Source: an uncultured Nitrososphaerota archaeon
GTDB lineage: Archaea; Thermoproteota; Nitrososphaeria; Nitrososphaerales; Gagatemarchaeaceae
Assembly: GCA_963718895.1 (NCBI GenBank)
Contig: CAVRAG010000008.1
Location: 512,001 to 576,000 of the forward strand
DNA: 64,000 nt
Direction: 5' to 3'
The position numbers were made by a program, and so were the translations under genes. Shown piece by piece: positions 20,277-30,510 of the stretch. The notes beneath the pieces are model-generated. The model was not told the origin of the DNA. It saw only the letters and a program-made list of their open reading frames with translations, and did no database searches. Every line of letters starts with the position of its first letter. The first letter of the stretch is position 1.

Positions 20277-20848
20277 GCTTCGAGCAGGCAGTCAGGGTGC
20301 CGCTGGAGAGGGTGGCCGCGGTCATAGGGAAGAAGGGCGAGACCAAGAAGCGCCTCGAGGAGGCCTGCCACGTCACCCTGGAGATCGACAGCCAGAGCGG
20401 GGAGATAACGGTCAAGAGCAATTCGCTCGAGGAAGGCGACCCCTTCAGGGCGATGAACGTCGTCGAGGCCGTTGGCAGGGGGTTCTCGCCACAGCGGGCT
20501 CTCAGGCTGATGGACCCGGAGACCGCTCTCGAGGTCATGGACCTCAGGGACTTCGGGAAGAGCGACAACAGCCTCGAGCGGATCAGGGGCAGGATCATCG
20601 GGCTCAACGGCAAGTCGAGGCGGGTGATCGAGGAGCTGACGAAGTGCTACGTCTCCGTGTACGGACGCACCGTCGCCATAATAGGAGAAATCACCGAGGT
20701 GAAGCTGGCCAAGGAGGCGATCGCTATGCTCGCGTCGGGGAGCAGACACAGGTCTGTCTACAACATGCTCCAGCGGGCGAGGACGAAGAGGAAGATGGAC
20801 CGCGTGCTCCTCTGGGAGGACCAGTCTCCCGAGGTCGAGCCTCACTGA
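20273..20848 (+). CDS. KH-domain pre-rRNA processing protein (Dim2/Pno1)
   Basis: IGKKG, GRGFSP, RIRGRIIG..GK; adjacent to rio1. Confidence 0.9.
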   Translation: MSFEQAVRVPLERVAAVIGKKGETKKRLEEACHVTLEIDSQSGEITVKSNSLEEGDPFRAMNVVEAVGRGFSPQRALRLMDPETALEVMDLRDFGKSDNSLERIRGRIIGLNGKSRRVIEELTKCYVSVYGRTVAIIGEITEVKLAKEAIAMLASGSRHRSVYNMLQRARTKRKMDRVLLWEDQSPEVEPH

Positions 20849-23478
20849 CTCTTGAGTAGCTGAATCTTGTCGGGAAGATAGGTATCGACGATATAGCTGA
20901 GACCGTACCTAGAGAACGCTTCCTGCTCGCTCTTCTTCTTGATCCTGAGGAAGGTGTCCAGCTCTTCGTGCCACATCCTGTCCTTGTAGCGCGGGTCGGC
21001 CTTGAGCTCGTAGAGCCTCTTGATGTCGATCTCGGTGAGCGGGTCCGAGGGGAGCTTGTACTTGACGATGTCCGAGTTGTGAAGCAGGAGCCCTCCAACC
21101 CCTCCGACAAAGGTGTGAACACCCTCGACCTCGAGGTCATACACGGGTTGCGACGTCCTGCCGAGGTTAGCGACGCTCTTCACAGGGAGGAGAACGATCT
21201 TATTTTCGACCAACCACGACAGCGTCTTGAGGCGCTCATCCTCAAGCGGGGCCTCGAGCATCTCAAGCCCTTTGGCGAGTCGCTCATAGCCTATCGAGGT
21301 ACTCCCATGTCCTGTGAAGAGAAGCTGATGGAGCGCCGTCTTCGCTCCCCTTGGAACGCGCCGCCTCATCTCGTCCCTCAGACCATACACGAGGTCTCCA
21401 GGCATGCTCTGAATCTTGGACTTTGTAGCGGTCGGCTTCCTGCAGATTTCGTTGACCAGGTCCTGGATTCCGGAAGCTTCAGCGCACGATACCACGTAGG
21501 CGGTCCCGCTCTTCCAGACGTAGGCTACGCAGTCCAGCTGCCTAAGGAGGACCACCAAGTCGGAGGCGAGCGTTCTGGAGACAGTCTTCAGGGACAGGCG
21601 TGTGTTGACGTCGTAGTTTACCGTCCTATCACCCCGGAAGCAGCCCCTTAGGAACTCGGTCTTGACCAGGTCAGGAGTGTTGAGGAACACGAAGGGGACG
21701 CGCTTGCTCCGGACGCCGTCGCCCGCCCTCAGTGCATCGCAGACGATTCTGACGAGCAGGCTGTTGCCGTACCTAATCCTCGTTGCGTGATGCCGCGCTT
21801 CCACTCTTCCGCGAATACCTAGGGAAGCACTCATGCAGTCCAGGGCGTCGTTAACGTACTCCTGCTCGCTCGAAGCGAAGGTCAGCTCGCAGCACCCGGT
21901 CTTGGATCCCGCCGAAAACCCGCCCTCCGCCGCATGGTAGCCCATGAGACGCCCGAACTTCGCGATTTGTGTTATCACCACGGGAAGTCTTTGGGTTGAG
22001 TACCTCAGCCTAAGCCGTCCTTCACTGGGCATTCGTCCCTCCTTGAGGAAGTACGAGAGCTTCACTCCGCCATGCTTGAGCACCTGATAGAACTGCTCTC
22101 GCAAAATCTTCTTGGGGTAGATGGTTCGGAGTTCCCTCGCGAAGTCGTCAGCTTGCTCGCCTTCAACGAAGACATCCTCTGCCAGTTGTGGGCATTCCCG
22201 AGCGACAGCTTGCGCAAGATTGATTTCCTTTAGGCTCTCGTTGTTCGGAAGCCTGAAGCATGACGCCACCAGGTCGCCTTCTGCCAACTGGTCGACTGGC
22301 TTCGACTGGAAGGAGAAGGAATCCCTGTCGAAGACTTCTATGCTGTGGTTTCCCGTGGTCTTAACGCTGAAGCCCCCAGGTGTCCTTATCTCGTACAAAT
22401 CGCCGCTGTACTTGTGTTTGGTGAAGGCGGAGACGGGCATCACCCCTAGCCTTCCGGAGGATGAGCAGCACAGGGCGTTGACTTTCGTGGCTGCGGGCCA
22501 AGTCGCCTCGGTAGAGTCGCGTACGCTTTTGACCGAGTCGTAGAGTTCGCTAATCGCCTCGTTTCTTATCAGGCCATCCCGCTCTATAATGACAGGTTCG
22601 TCCCCCGTCACACTTGCCCAGACCCCCAGCCAGACGGCGGAGGGGGTGGTGAGGTCCCTGAGGTGCGCCGCGGCGGCTGAGCCGGATTTGATCACCATGG
22701 CGATGTGGGCCCCCCACGGGTCTGCGTCGCACAGGATGCCTATCGGGAGCTTGAGCTCCTGGTGGAGCCTCCTCAGCAGGTAGCGAGTCGAGCGCGGGGG
22801 CTGCCCGGCGGTGTTGACCAGGATTGCCTTGTACTTCTCATGGACTTTCTCCTCGATGAACCTGGTGAACAGGCCGCCCTTCTCGATTGCGAGGACCATC
22901 TCGGCGTCGGTGTCCCTGAACTCGGCGGTCGTGAGCGCGGGCCCGATCATCATCCCGTCCGGGTGCGAGGAAAGGTCGAGGCGCTTGCCCTCGTACCCCT
23001 TGACGGTGTACTCCACCGTGAGGTTCCCGAAGATCGCGCTCCTCTCTTCCGGGAAGACGTTGAACTCCTCCCTCGCGGACTCGAGTAGCACCTCGAGGTC
23101 GGTGATGAGCTCGTCGGACTCGGCCTGGTCCATGAACTCCACGTTGAAGGCCTGGGCGGAGTAGTAGACGTCTCTCAGCGTCGACGTCCTCTTCTCGGCG
23201 ACGAGCTTCCTCGAGAAGAACGCGAGCCAGAGTAGCTGCGTGAACGGCCTGATGTGCTTGATGTTGCCCGCCGACCTCCTGACCGAGCTGGACCCGAGGA
23301 TGAACTGCTGCAGCTTCTTGTCGTAGACGATGTTCCGCACCGACCTGCTGGCGAAGGTCACGCTGGGGAACTTCCCGCTGTCGAGGTCCTGGTAGACGTT
23401 CTGCCCGAGCGTCTTGAGGGCCTTCTCGACCTTCTCCTTCCTGGCTTCAGCGGTAGTCTTCGATCGTGGTTTGCTCAA
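20842..23478 (-). CDS. top6A: DNA topoisomerase VI subunit A, with intein
   Basis: STLRDVYY, IEKGG, GQP, DADPWG, K.EQEA; 513-aa insertion. Confidence 0.95.
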   Translation of the reverse strand: MSKPRSKTTAEARKEKVEKALKTLGQNVYQDLDSGKFPSVTFASRSVRNIVYDKKLQQFILGSSSVRRSAGNIKHIRPFTQLLWLAFFSRKLVAEKRTSTLRDVYYSAQAFNVEFMDQAESDELITDLEVLLESAREEFNVFPEERSAIFGNLTVEYTVKGYEGKRLDLSSHPDGMMIGPALTTAEFRDTDAEMVLAIEKGGLFTRFIEEKVHEKYKAILVNTAGQPPRSTRYLLRRLHQELKLPIGILCDADPWGAHIAMVIKSGSAAAAHLRDLTTPSAVWLGVWASVTGDEPVIIERDGLIRNEAISELYDSVKSVRDSTEATWPAATKVNALCCSSSGRLGVMPVSAFTKHKYSGDLYEIRTPGGFSVKTTGNHSIEVFDRDSFSFQSKPVDQLAEGDLVASCFRLPNNESLKEINLAQAVARECPQLAEDVFVEGEQADDFARELRTIYPKKILREQFYQVLKHGGVKLSYFLKEGRMPSEGRLRLRYSTQRLPVVITQIAKFGRLMGYHAAEGGFSAGSKTGCCELTFASSEQEYVNDALDCMSASLGIRGRVEARHHATRIRYGNSLLVRIVCDALRAGDGVRSKRVPFVFLNTPDLVKTEFLRGCFRGDRTVNYDVNTRLSLKTVSRTLASDLVVLLRQLDCVAYVWKSGTAYVVSCAEASGIQDLVNEICRKPTATKSKIQSMPGDLVYGLRDEMRRRVPRGAKTALHQLLFTGHGSTSIGYERLAKGLEMLEAPLEDERLKTLSWLVENKIVLLPVKSVANLGRTSQPVYDLEVEGVHTFVGGVGGLLLHNSDIVKYKLPSDPLTEIDIKRLYELKADPRYKDRMWHEELDTFLRIKKKSEQEAFSRYGLSYIVDTYLPDKIQLLKSQ
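21076..22614 (-). mobile_element. Intein (513 aa) with LAGLIDADG endonuclease in Top6A
   Basis: WLGVWA|SVTGDEPV..., TTGNHS, LMGYHAAEG and FLRGCFRGD, VYDLEV...LLHN|SDIVKY. Confidence 0.9.
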
Positions 23479-25067
23479 TTACCTTTTCACCATTCTTCCC
23501 GGCTTCGGCAGTCCCGGACTTCTCGGCCATCTCCTCCTGGACCTCCTCGATCTCGGCTTCTTCCTGCTTGATGAGCTGGTGGTACCTCGGCTCCTTCTTC
23601 TGGCCGGCCAACTCGGTGGAGAACTGCGCTATGAGGGGGAGGTACCTCTCGTAGATGCCCATCTTCCTCTGGACGGCCGCCATGGACCCTTTCTTCGAGA
23701 GGAAGAGGCTGAGCCGCCTGAGGGTCTCCCTCACGGCGTTGCGGATCTCGGACTCGATCTCGGGCCTGTCGGCGATGTACTCCTTGCCGACGGTCTTGTA
23801 GGGAATCTTGGTCGAACAGATGTGGGTGATTATCCCGATCGGGGCGTCCTCGGGAACGTGGTAGCGCCTCCAGTCTATCTCCTCGTTGAGCACCTTGAAC
23901 GAGACGTCGTTGCCCTCGTCGTAGAGCAGGGGTATGCGATTCGCGAACCTGAAGAGCTTCCTCCCGGGCTCGAGGAGCTTCCCTCCGTAGACAAGCCCGA
24001 CCTCGACCAGAAACGGAAACCCGGAGTAAGACGATGGCGGTCTCACGACGACGGTGGAGAACTCCGGCTGCAGCTCCTTCATGATCCCGGTCTGGAGAAT
24101 CGGCTCCCCCACTGGTGAGAGGCAGGACGCGTCCGGCGGGAGGAACTCGGGATATCTCTGGAGAGCGTCGACAACCCTGACTATCTGTTCGTTCGAGAGC
24201 TTCTCGGGGGCGATCCTGGTCTCGATGCCGGCGAAGTTGAGGAACTTCCTTGCGTTGGTCTCGCCGACCCTGTGGAAGTGCTTGTTCCCCATGAACTTCT
24301 CCATCGTCTTCTCATCGGTGAGCTTGATCATCCGCTTGAACGCCTCGACGTCCACGCCGTACGGGTGCGGAAGGGTCTCCTTCGGCGCGGGGGGCATCGA
24401 CTCGGTGGCCCTCTCGTAGGTGGTGATCCTGCCTATCGGGTCGACGAAGGTGAGGTTGGCGTATGACCCGACGAGTGCTGTCTGCTTGAAGTACTCGTTG
24501 ATCTTCTGCGCCGCTCTGGTGAAGTCGCCCTCGAGGATGACGTCGACCCTTGTGCCCGTCTTCTCGGCGCCGTCCTCGGTGTCCTTTCGGAGGATGATGG
24601 GCTTGTTCTCGGAGATGTCTATGAGCATCTCGAAGATGTGCCTGCTCTTGCCGTCGGTCGAGGTCGTGATCTTCACGGGCTTGTTCGTCGTTATCTGGCC
24701 GTAGAGGATGGCCATCGTCCCTCCCATTCCGAACATCCCTCTGGACTGCCTCAGTACGTACTTGGAGCCATAGAAGACCTTCCCGAACGCCCTCGGGACG
24801 TGGTGGGGGTCGACTCCGGGACCGTTGTCTGCGACGGTGACCCTGTAGGCCTTCGGCTCCTGGTTTGCGTTCTCGGCGGAGGGGTCGTCGGCCACGATGC
24901 GGACGTAGATGTCGGGGAGGATGCCGGCGAGCTCCGTGGCGTCGAGCGAGTTCTCCACGAGCTCCCTTACGGCCATGTAGAGCGCCCTCGCGGGGTTGGT
25001 GAAACCAGCTAGGTCGCGGTTACGGTAGAAAGAATTCAGATGGACTAATCTCGGAGAAAGTCACCAA
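23447..25067 (-). CDS. top6B: DNA topoisomerase VI subunit B; one extra base near 25030
   Basis: TTG start MVTFSEISPSEF, then +1 shift to FYRNRDLAGF; ELVENSLDA, DNGPG, QSRGMFGMG, RFANRIPL. Confidence 0.93.
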
Positions 25068-25072
25068 TCTGT

Positions 25073-25282
25073 TCACTCACCTCCGGAAATGCCGCCGTAC
25101 CATTGATTCAGAATAGACATTGTGTCTGCCCTCGCCGTGCAGTGCTGAGTTCGGCAAGAAATCAGGTCGTTCCGCACGAAAGTGTAAGATCTTTCTGTCT
25201 TGGATGCGATTTCGTTGATTGACATCCCTCCAGCGTACAATGAAGGGAACACGCTCGGGGAAATCTCAGAAGATGTTACCAA
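25073..25282 (-). pseudogene. Short ORF: copy of the Top6B N-terminus fused to an HTH-like remnant
   Basis: MVTSSEISPSVF vs MVTFSEISPSEF, then LYAGGMSINEIASKTERSYTFVRNDL; AT-rich. Confidence 0.5.
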
Positions 25283-25346
25283 GTTACCTGATTAGCACCT
25301 TACTAACGTCTCGCGGCAGGGGTTCTATTAAAATTAGATTATAATG

Positions 25347-25432
25347 AGTTCTGTCAATCCCTTTGCCCGAAGCTGACGTTGACTCTCAACCGTCCACTCT
25401 GAGGATTTACCGTCCTCTCCTGGGACGGGTTC
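25347..25432 (-). mobile_element. Degenerate right-end relic of the TnpB/TIR element family
   Basis: GTTCTGTCAA, then ACTCTGAGGATTTACC 49 nt in, a hairpin and GTTC; same order and spacing as 33239 and 62415. Confidence 0.55.
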
Positions 25433-25468
25433 AGACATAGTCGGCTCAGGTCCAGAATCCCGCTGCAA

Positions 25469-25507
25469 CAAAAAGGGAGGAGAGGCCCAGGCCTGTTGAG
25501 CCCAGAC
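25469..25507 (-). terminator. Putative terminator after mscL
   Basis: GC-rich hairpin followed by a pyrimidine/T5 tract on the minus strand. Confidence 0.4.
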
Positions 25508-25897
25508 CTACCCTATCTTGTAGCGCTTCGCGAGCTTGACGATCATGAAGATGACGAAGGCTACGATCACGAAGGTGATGATAGCATTCAGGAAGTCCCC
25601 TAGGGCGAAGCTCTGCCCGCGGAAGATGGCGGTGTAGCTGGTCAGGTTGGCCCCAGGGTAGACTAGCCCGATTATGGGGAGGATCAGGTCGCCCACGAGT
25701 GCCTTTACTAGTGCGCCTAGATAGACACCGAGAATGAACGCGACAGCAAGCCCGAGAACCTTGTAGTCCGAGAGGAAGGCCTTGAATTCAGGTCCAATGC
25801 CCTTGGGCGCGGGAGGAGGTGGTGGCGGCGTTGCTGGAGTGAGCAGTTTCTTTATCTCGCGAAGCTCAGCAAGCATCTCTTCGTCTGTGGCCGTCAT
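25508..25897 (-). CDS. mscL: Large-conductance mechanosensitive channel family protein
   Basis: EFKAFL...VLGLAVAFILG, LV.DLILPII, GDFLNAIITFVIVAFVIF. Confidence 0.88.
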   Translation of the reverse strand: MTATDEEMLAELREIKKLLTPATPPPPPPAPKGIGPEFKAFLSDYKVLGLAVAFILGVYLGALVKALVGDLILPIIGLVYPGANLTSYTAIFRGQSFALGDFLNAIITFVIVAFVIFMIVKLAKRYKIG

Positions 25898-26022
25898 TGC
25901 GCGGAGAGGCCTTGAAACCGCATTTAAGCGTTGATGATGGAGAACCGGAGCGGCTGCGGTCCGTGGTGTCCGAGGATAGCAAACAGCTTAATTACTTGCA
26001 AAAGGCGCGCGGAACCAGCGAA

Positions 26023-26232
26023 ATGACTCTAGATGCACCCGGCTCGAGGGTGAGCATGATGATAAGGCTCGTGGGCCTTCTCATCGCGGCCCTTGGCCTG
26101 GTCCTGACCTACTTCACCTATCAAGGGGCAAGCCAGGCCAGCATCGTTCCGCAGATCGTCCCTGTGTTCTATCTTGGATCAGGCCTGCTGGTGATCGTGG
26201 GCGTGGTCGCCGTCATCGCGCGCTACAAGTAG
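26023..26232 (+). CDS. Small two-TM membrane protein
   Basis: Two hydrophobic helices; TATA-like CTTAATTA upstream. Confidence 0.6.
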   Translation: MTLDAPGSRVSMMIRLVGLLIAALGLVLTYFTYQGASQASIVPQIVPVFYLGSGLLVIVGVVAVIARYK

Positions 26233-26355
26233 TCGTCCCCGGCGCGTCCTCCCGGATTCTGCCGTGGTCGACGGGATGGACGCGGTCTCAGTGCTTTCGA
26301 GAATCACGTCCGGTACACATCAAGCTCGGTGTATAGGGTAGGGCGTCTGAGACGC

Positions 26356-27267
26356 CTAGAAGACGAGGCCCATGACCAGATATCCTGCCAGCAAGAGCAG
26401 GCCGGTCCAGAGGGTAGCCATGACCATGCTGGCCATGCCCGGAATCAGTTCCACCACCTTGTCATGCTCCAGACTGAGGACGCGCGTCGCGGCCCAGGCC
26501 TTTGGCAGGGCGAGCAGAGAGAGCAGAGCAAGAGGGGTGACGTACCCTGCGACCACGCCGGCCACAAGCACCACGTATGCTCCCGCGACGAGGACCCTGA
26601 AGCGGGCCGCGGCCTTGGCCTTTCCCCACCTCGCGACGAGGTGCCGGCGTCCGACCGCCATGTCGGCGACCGTGTCCGGGAACTCGTTGATGTACAGGAT
26701 GCCTGCGACCATAATCCCGAGCGTCGTCCCCAGCAAGAACGGTTCGACGGCGAGCCGTCCGGTCTGAAGGAAGTAGGTTCCGAGGATCAGGAGCGGCCCG
26801 AAGTTCAGGCCCGCCACGAGCTCGCCGATTCCCCAACGGGAGAGCAATGTGGTGTAGGCCACTATCGCGACCGAAGAGATTGCGATTATGCCGATGAGGA
26901 CTGGGCTGAACGCGAACTTGAGGAAGAAGTAACCTCCTATAGCAAGACCGACTGCTAGAAATGCAATTCCTCCGCGGAGGACGCTCTTCGGCGTCAGCTG
27001 CCTCTCAGGGAGAACCCTGCTCCCCCCGCTGAAGGGGGTAGGTGTCGTCGCGAGGTCCAGACCGCTTTGGAAGTCGAAGTAGTCGTTCAGGACGTTCACG
27101 CTGGCGTGCATGCAGATGGCGCCGATGAAGGTCAGTATCGCGGTCGGCAGGTCGAAGCTGCCATGGACCCACGCGACAGCGACGCCGAGGGGGACGAATA
27201 TCGTTGGAAGGAGCAGGAACGGAGCCCGGACTTCTCTGATCCAGACGCTGAGTCGCGTCGCTGGCAT
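26356..27267 (-). CDS. UbiA/MenA-type prenyltransferase
   Basis: NVLNDYFD...D, FSGGS, INEFPD..AD...G; multiple TM helices. Confidence 0.88.
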   Translation of the reverse strand: MPATRLSVWIREVRAPFLLLPTIFVPLGVAVAWVHGSFDLPTAILTFIGAICMHASVNVLNDYFDFQSGLDLATTPTPFSGGSRVLPERQLTPKSVLRGGIAFLAVGLAIGGYFFLKFAFSPVLIGIIAISSVAIVAYTTLLSRWGIGELVAGLNFGPLLILGTYFLQTGRLAVEPFLLGTTLGIMVAGILYINEFPDTVADMAVGRRHLVARWGKAKAAARFRVLVAGAYVVLVAGVVAGYVTPLALLSLLALPKAWAATRVLSLEHDKVVELIPGMASMVMATLWTGLLLLAGYLVMGLVF

Positions 27268-27688
27268 CTTACGCCGGGCAGAGCTAGTGCGGATTTAAGC
27301 CTTGGTCCCCTGCTTCGCAGGCTCCCGGAATCATTGGGTGTTTTGCGCAAATAACTCTCCCTCTAGCTCATTGCTCACGCCAGTTCCGACCCTGCGTTGG
27401 TCCCTGCAGCTCCCCAGAATGGGAACATGAGAAATGCCGAGGCTGAGGCTCGTGAAATCCTCGCAATGCCACACCAGCGGCCAGACGACAGGCTCGGGAG
27501 GTGCATCGAAGTCCGGATCGGGAACCACGAGGACTCTGTCATTGTCGGTGGATCGAAACGCAACCGCTACGGCAGCAGTCAGTGGAACTCGCCTCTGAAG
27601 CCCGACGCCCGGTTCCAGGAGCAATTCCAACGTCGCTCTTCGGGGTGTCGAGCTTTTGGGAAGAGCCTAAACGTGGAGATCTGGTTTG

Positions 27689-28081
27689 TCAGCGGGAACG
27701 GATGCCAATCTCCACGTACCGCTTTGGATCGCAGTTTTCCAGGAGCTCGGGATAGTTGTCTTGCTTGCTGGCCCAGAGAAGCAGAGGCTGAATTGCCTGC
27801 TCCAAGTCCTTTCCGTTCCGCGTCAGGCTGTACTCCACCCTCGGCGGTATCTCCGCGAAAGACTTCCTCTCGATCACTCCAGCCTCTCCAAGCTTCCTCA
27901 GGATCCAAGAGAGGGTCGAAGGCGACACACCGCGCAGTTCTTTGTAGAGCTCCGTGAACCTTACGGTGCCATGACCGCCTATGGAGTTTATCGCAAACAG
28001 GACCCACTTCTTCCCGAGCAGGTCCATCACTCCGTCCAGGGCGCACATGCAGACCTCCTCTGGTTCACTTCGGTTCTTCAT
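27689..28081 (-). CDS. HxlR-family winged-helix regulator
   Basis: C...LLGKKW, RF.EL...L.GVS..TLS..L, EIPPRVEYSLT..G. Confidence 0.88.
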   Translation of the reverse strand: MKNRSEPEEVCMCALDGVMDLLGKKWVLFAINSIGGHGTVRFTELYKELRGVSPSTLSWILRKLGEAGVIERKSFAEIPPRVEYSLTRNGKDLEQAIQPLLLWASKQDNYPELLENCDPKRYVEIGIRSR

Positions 28082-28150
28082 AGTTGCTTTGGGGCTTCGA
28101 ACATCGGAATATAAATGCTACGAATTCTGTAGTATTTGGGAAGCGAGCAA

Positions 28151-28173
28151 GTTTGTCAAACGATTTGTCGAAC
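28151..28173. promoter_or_regulatory. Imperfect inverted repeat upstream of arsD, candidate operator
   Basis: GTTTGTCAAA-CGA-TTTGTCGAAC (8/10 symmetric). Confidence 0.4.
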
Positions 28174-28229
28174 CAGTCAGCACTTCCAGTCAGGGATGAA
28201 CGTCTAGGTCTAGAAGGAGGCAGGAATCC

Positions 28230-28568
28230 ATGAACCACAGCAAGCACTTGGTGGTGTACGAAGGAGCCATGTGCTGCTCCACAGGCGTATGCGGTCCCGA
28301 GCCAGACAAGGAGCTAATCGAATTCAGTGAAGCGCTTAAGAAACTCCAGAGCGAATACAAGGACGAGCTATACGTCACGCGGGCGAGCTTGTCCTTCGAC
28401 GTTCCCTTGTTTCTTGAGAACCGGGAGGTCGCGAAGACGATCAGGGAAGAGGGTCTGAGCACCCTCCCGATAGTGACCATCGATGGGAAGATAGTTTCCA
28501 AGCAGAGATACCCGAGGTACGCTGAGCTGAGAAACGAAATAGGAGAACGAGCAAAGCTAACCCTGTGA
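28230..28568 (+). CDS. arsD: Arsenic metallochaperone ArsD
   Basis: AMCCSTGVCGP and LP....DG.....RYP. Confidence 0.92.
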   Translation: MNHSKHLVVYEGAMCCSTGVCGPEPDKELIEFSEALKKLQSEYKDELYVTRASLSFDVPLFLENREVAKTIREEGLSTLPIVTIDGKIVSKQRYPRYAELRNEIGERAKLTL

Positions 28569-28581
28569 TGATAAGCGGGGC

Positions 28582-30510
28582 ATGGGCGAGATTGAGTTTC
28601 CATTGAATGCGCTTTCTGACCTGGTTGACCCGACGCGGCGAAGTGGCGAAACGAAATTCGTATTCTTCACCGGAAAGGGGGGCGTCGGAAAGAGCACCAT
28701 GAGCTGCGCGACAGCCGTGTGGTTGGCGAAGAGAGGCTACAAGACCCTGCTGGTCACCACAGATCCAGCTCCAAATCTGTCAGACATATTCGGACAAGAG
28801 ATAGGCGCCAAAGTCACGCAGATAAACGGGATTAGAGGTCTCTACTCCATTGAGATAGACCCCGACGTAGCAACCCAGGAGTACAAGGAAAGAACCATTT
28901 CGCCGATCAGACAAATCGTGAGCGACGAAAAGCAGTTGCAGGTCATAGGGGAGCAGCTGAACAGCCCCTGTGTGGACGAGGTCGCGGCGTTTGACAAGTT
29001 CATAGAGTTCATGTATGATCCGCAATACGACGTGGTGATATTCGACACGGCCCCGACGGGGCACACGATTAGGTTGCTCGAGCTACCGAGCGGGTGGAGC
29101 GAAACATTGAACGAGAACACTACGACATGCATTGGTCCCAGCGCCTCGCTACAAACCGCAAGGCTGAAGTATGAAAAGGCGATTTCTTACCTCCAGGACC
29201 AAGAGCGGACTCTTTTCATCTTTGTTTCAAGACCAGAGACTCTGTCCCTCTTTGAGACGAAGAGGAGCATGGAGGAGCTGAGCAGGCTCGGCATCACGAC
29301 GCGCTCCTTGATAATCAATGGTGTTCTGCCAGAGGAGGCCTGCACGGACGAGTTCTTCAAGAAGAAGAGAGAGGATCAGGAAAAGGTGCTGGCTGCAATC
29401 GGGAAGGAGTTCAAAGACATTGAAAGATCCTACTTTCCGCTAAAAGACACCGAAATGATCGGGCTCAGCTCCCTTGAGTATGTCGGAAGGTACCTGTACG
29501 AAGGAGTGGCTGCCGCGAAAACGGGTGGTGCGAGCACCGTCACAGGCGCCGCCAGAACGAGCAACAAGCCATCACTGGATACTGGCAAACGTCAAACGGA
29601 GCTGATTGAACTACTTACCCCTCGCAACGCTAGGACGACGAGATACGTATTCTTCACCGGGAAGGGGGGTGTCGGAAAGAGCACCGTAGCTTCTATCACC
29701 GCGCTCTACCTCGCCGAAAAGGGGTACAAGACCCTGATTCTTACGACGGACCCAGCATCCCACCTTCAGGAAATCTTCGGTCAGCCGGTCGAACACGAAG
29801 TCAGAGGAATCAGACGGGTCGACAATCTATTCGCGGCGAGGATAGATCAGAAGAAAGCTCTTGAGGAGTACAAAAAGAGAATATTGGACGTAGTCAAAGA
29901 CCGTGATGCCGATACAAGGAAGTCCGTCGAGGAGGACTTGAATTCGCCCTGCGCCGAGGAAATGTCAGCGTTCGAGAAATTCATGGGCTATTTCGAGCTT
30001 CGTGGCTACGACGTGATAATATTCGATACAGCCCCGACAGGCCACACGCTGAGGCTTCTCGAACTACCCAGCGAGTGGAAGGGCTTCATGGACCTGGGAA
30101 CCCTGACCAAGAGCACGTCGGAGGAGACGCGCAGCAAGTATTCGAACGTCATTGAAACAATGAGGAACAAGGAGAAGAGCACCTTTGTCTTCGTGGTGTA
30201 TCCGGAATTCACACCGATAGTCGAAGCGTGGCGTGCCTCTGAAGACCTGAAGAAGCAGGTCGGAATAGAAGCCGGCCTCGTCGCGGTCAATTATCTTCTG
30301 CCTCAGGACTACGGCAGGAATGAGTTCTTCGAGAACAGAAGAGCCCAGCAGGAAAGATACCTCTCGGTAATCCGAGACAAATTCGGAACGCCCCAGATGG
30401 CCATACCCCTTTTCGAGAGCGAACCAAAGGGACTAGACGATCTGAGATCACTGGGCAGGAGGGTGTTCGATGACACTCGAAGAACGAAGATCCTAACGAA
30501 ACTGTCTTGA
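28582..30510 (+). CDS. arsA: Arsenite-stimulated ATPase, two-domain
   Basis: Two GKGGVGKS and two DTAPTGHT motifs; Cys in SPCVDE, TCIGP and SPCAEE. Confidence 0.94.
   Translation: MGEIEFPLNALSDLVDPTRRSGETKFVFFTGKGGVGKSTMSCATAVWLAKRGYKTLLVTTDPAPNLSDIFGQEIGAKVTQINGIRGLYSIEIDPDVATQEYKERTISPIRQIVSDEKQLQVIGEQLNSPCVDEVAAFDKFIEFMYDPQYDVVIFDTAPTGHTIRLLELPSGWSETLNENTTTCIGPSASLQTARLKYEKAISYLQDQERTLFIFVSRPETLSLFETKRSMEELSRLGITTRSLIINGVLPEEACTDEFFKKKREDQEKVLAAIGKEFKDIERSYFPLKDTEMIGLSSLEYVGRYLYEGVAAAKTGGASTVTGAARTSNKPSLDTGKRQTELIELLTPRNARTTRYVFFTGKGGVGKSTVASITALYLAEKGYKTLILTTDPASHLQEIFGQPVEHEVRGIRRVDNLFAARIDQKKALEEYKKRILDVVKDRDADTRKSVEEDLNSPCAEEMSAFEKFMGYFELRGYDVIIFDTAPTGHTLRLLELPSEWKGFMDLGTLTKSTSEETRSKYSNVIETMRNKEKSTFVFVVYPEFTPIVEAWRASEDLKKQVGIEAGLVAVNYLLPQDYGRNEFFENRRAQQERYLSVIRDKFGTPQMAIPLFESEPKGLDDLRSLGRRVFDDTRRTKILTKLS

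Noticed and set aside
27331-27690. Overlapping short ORFs between the prenyltransferase and hxlR
   Set aside because: No recognisable motif in any frame.
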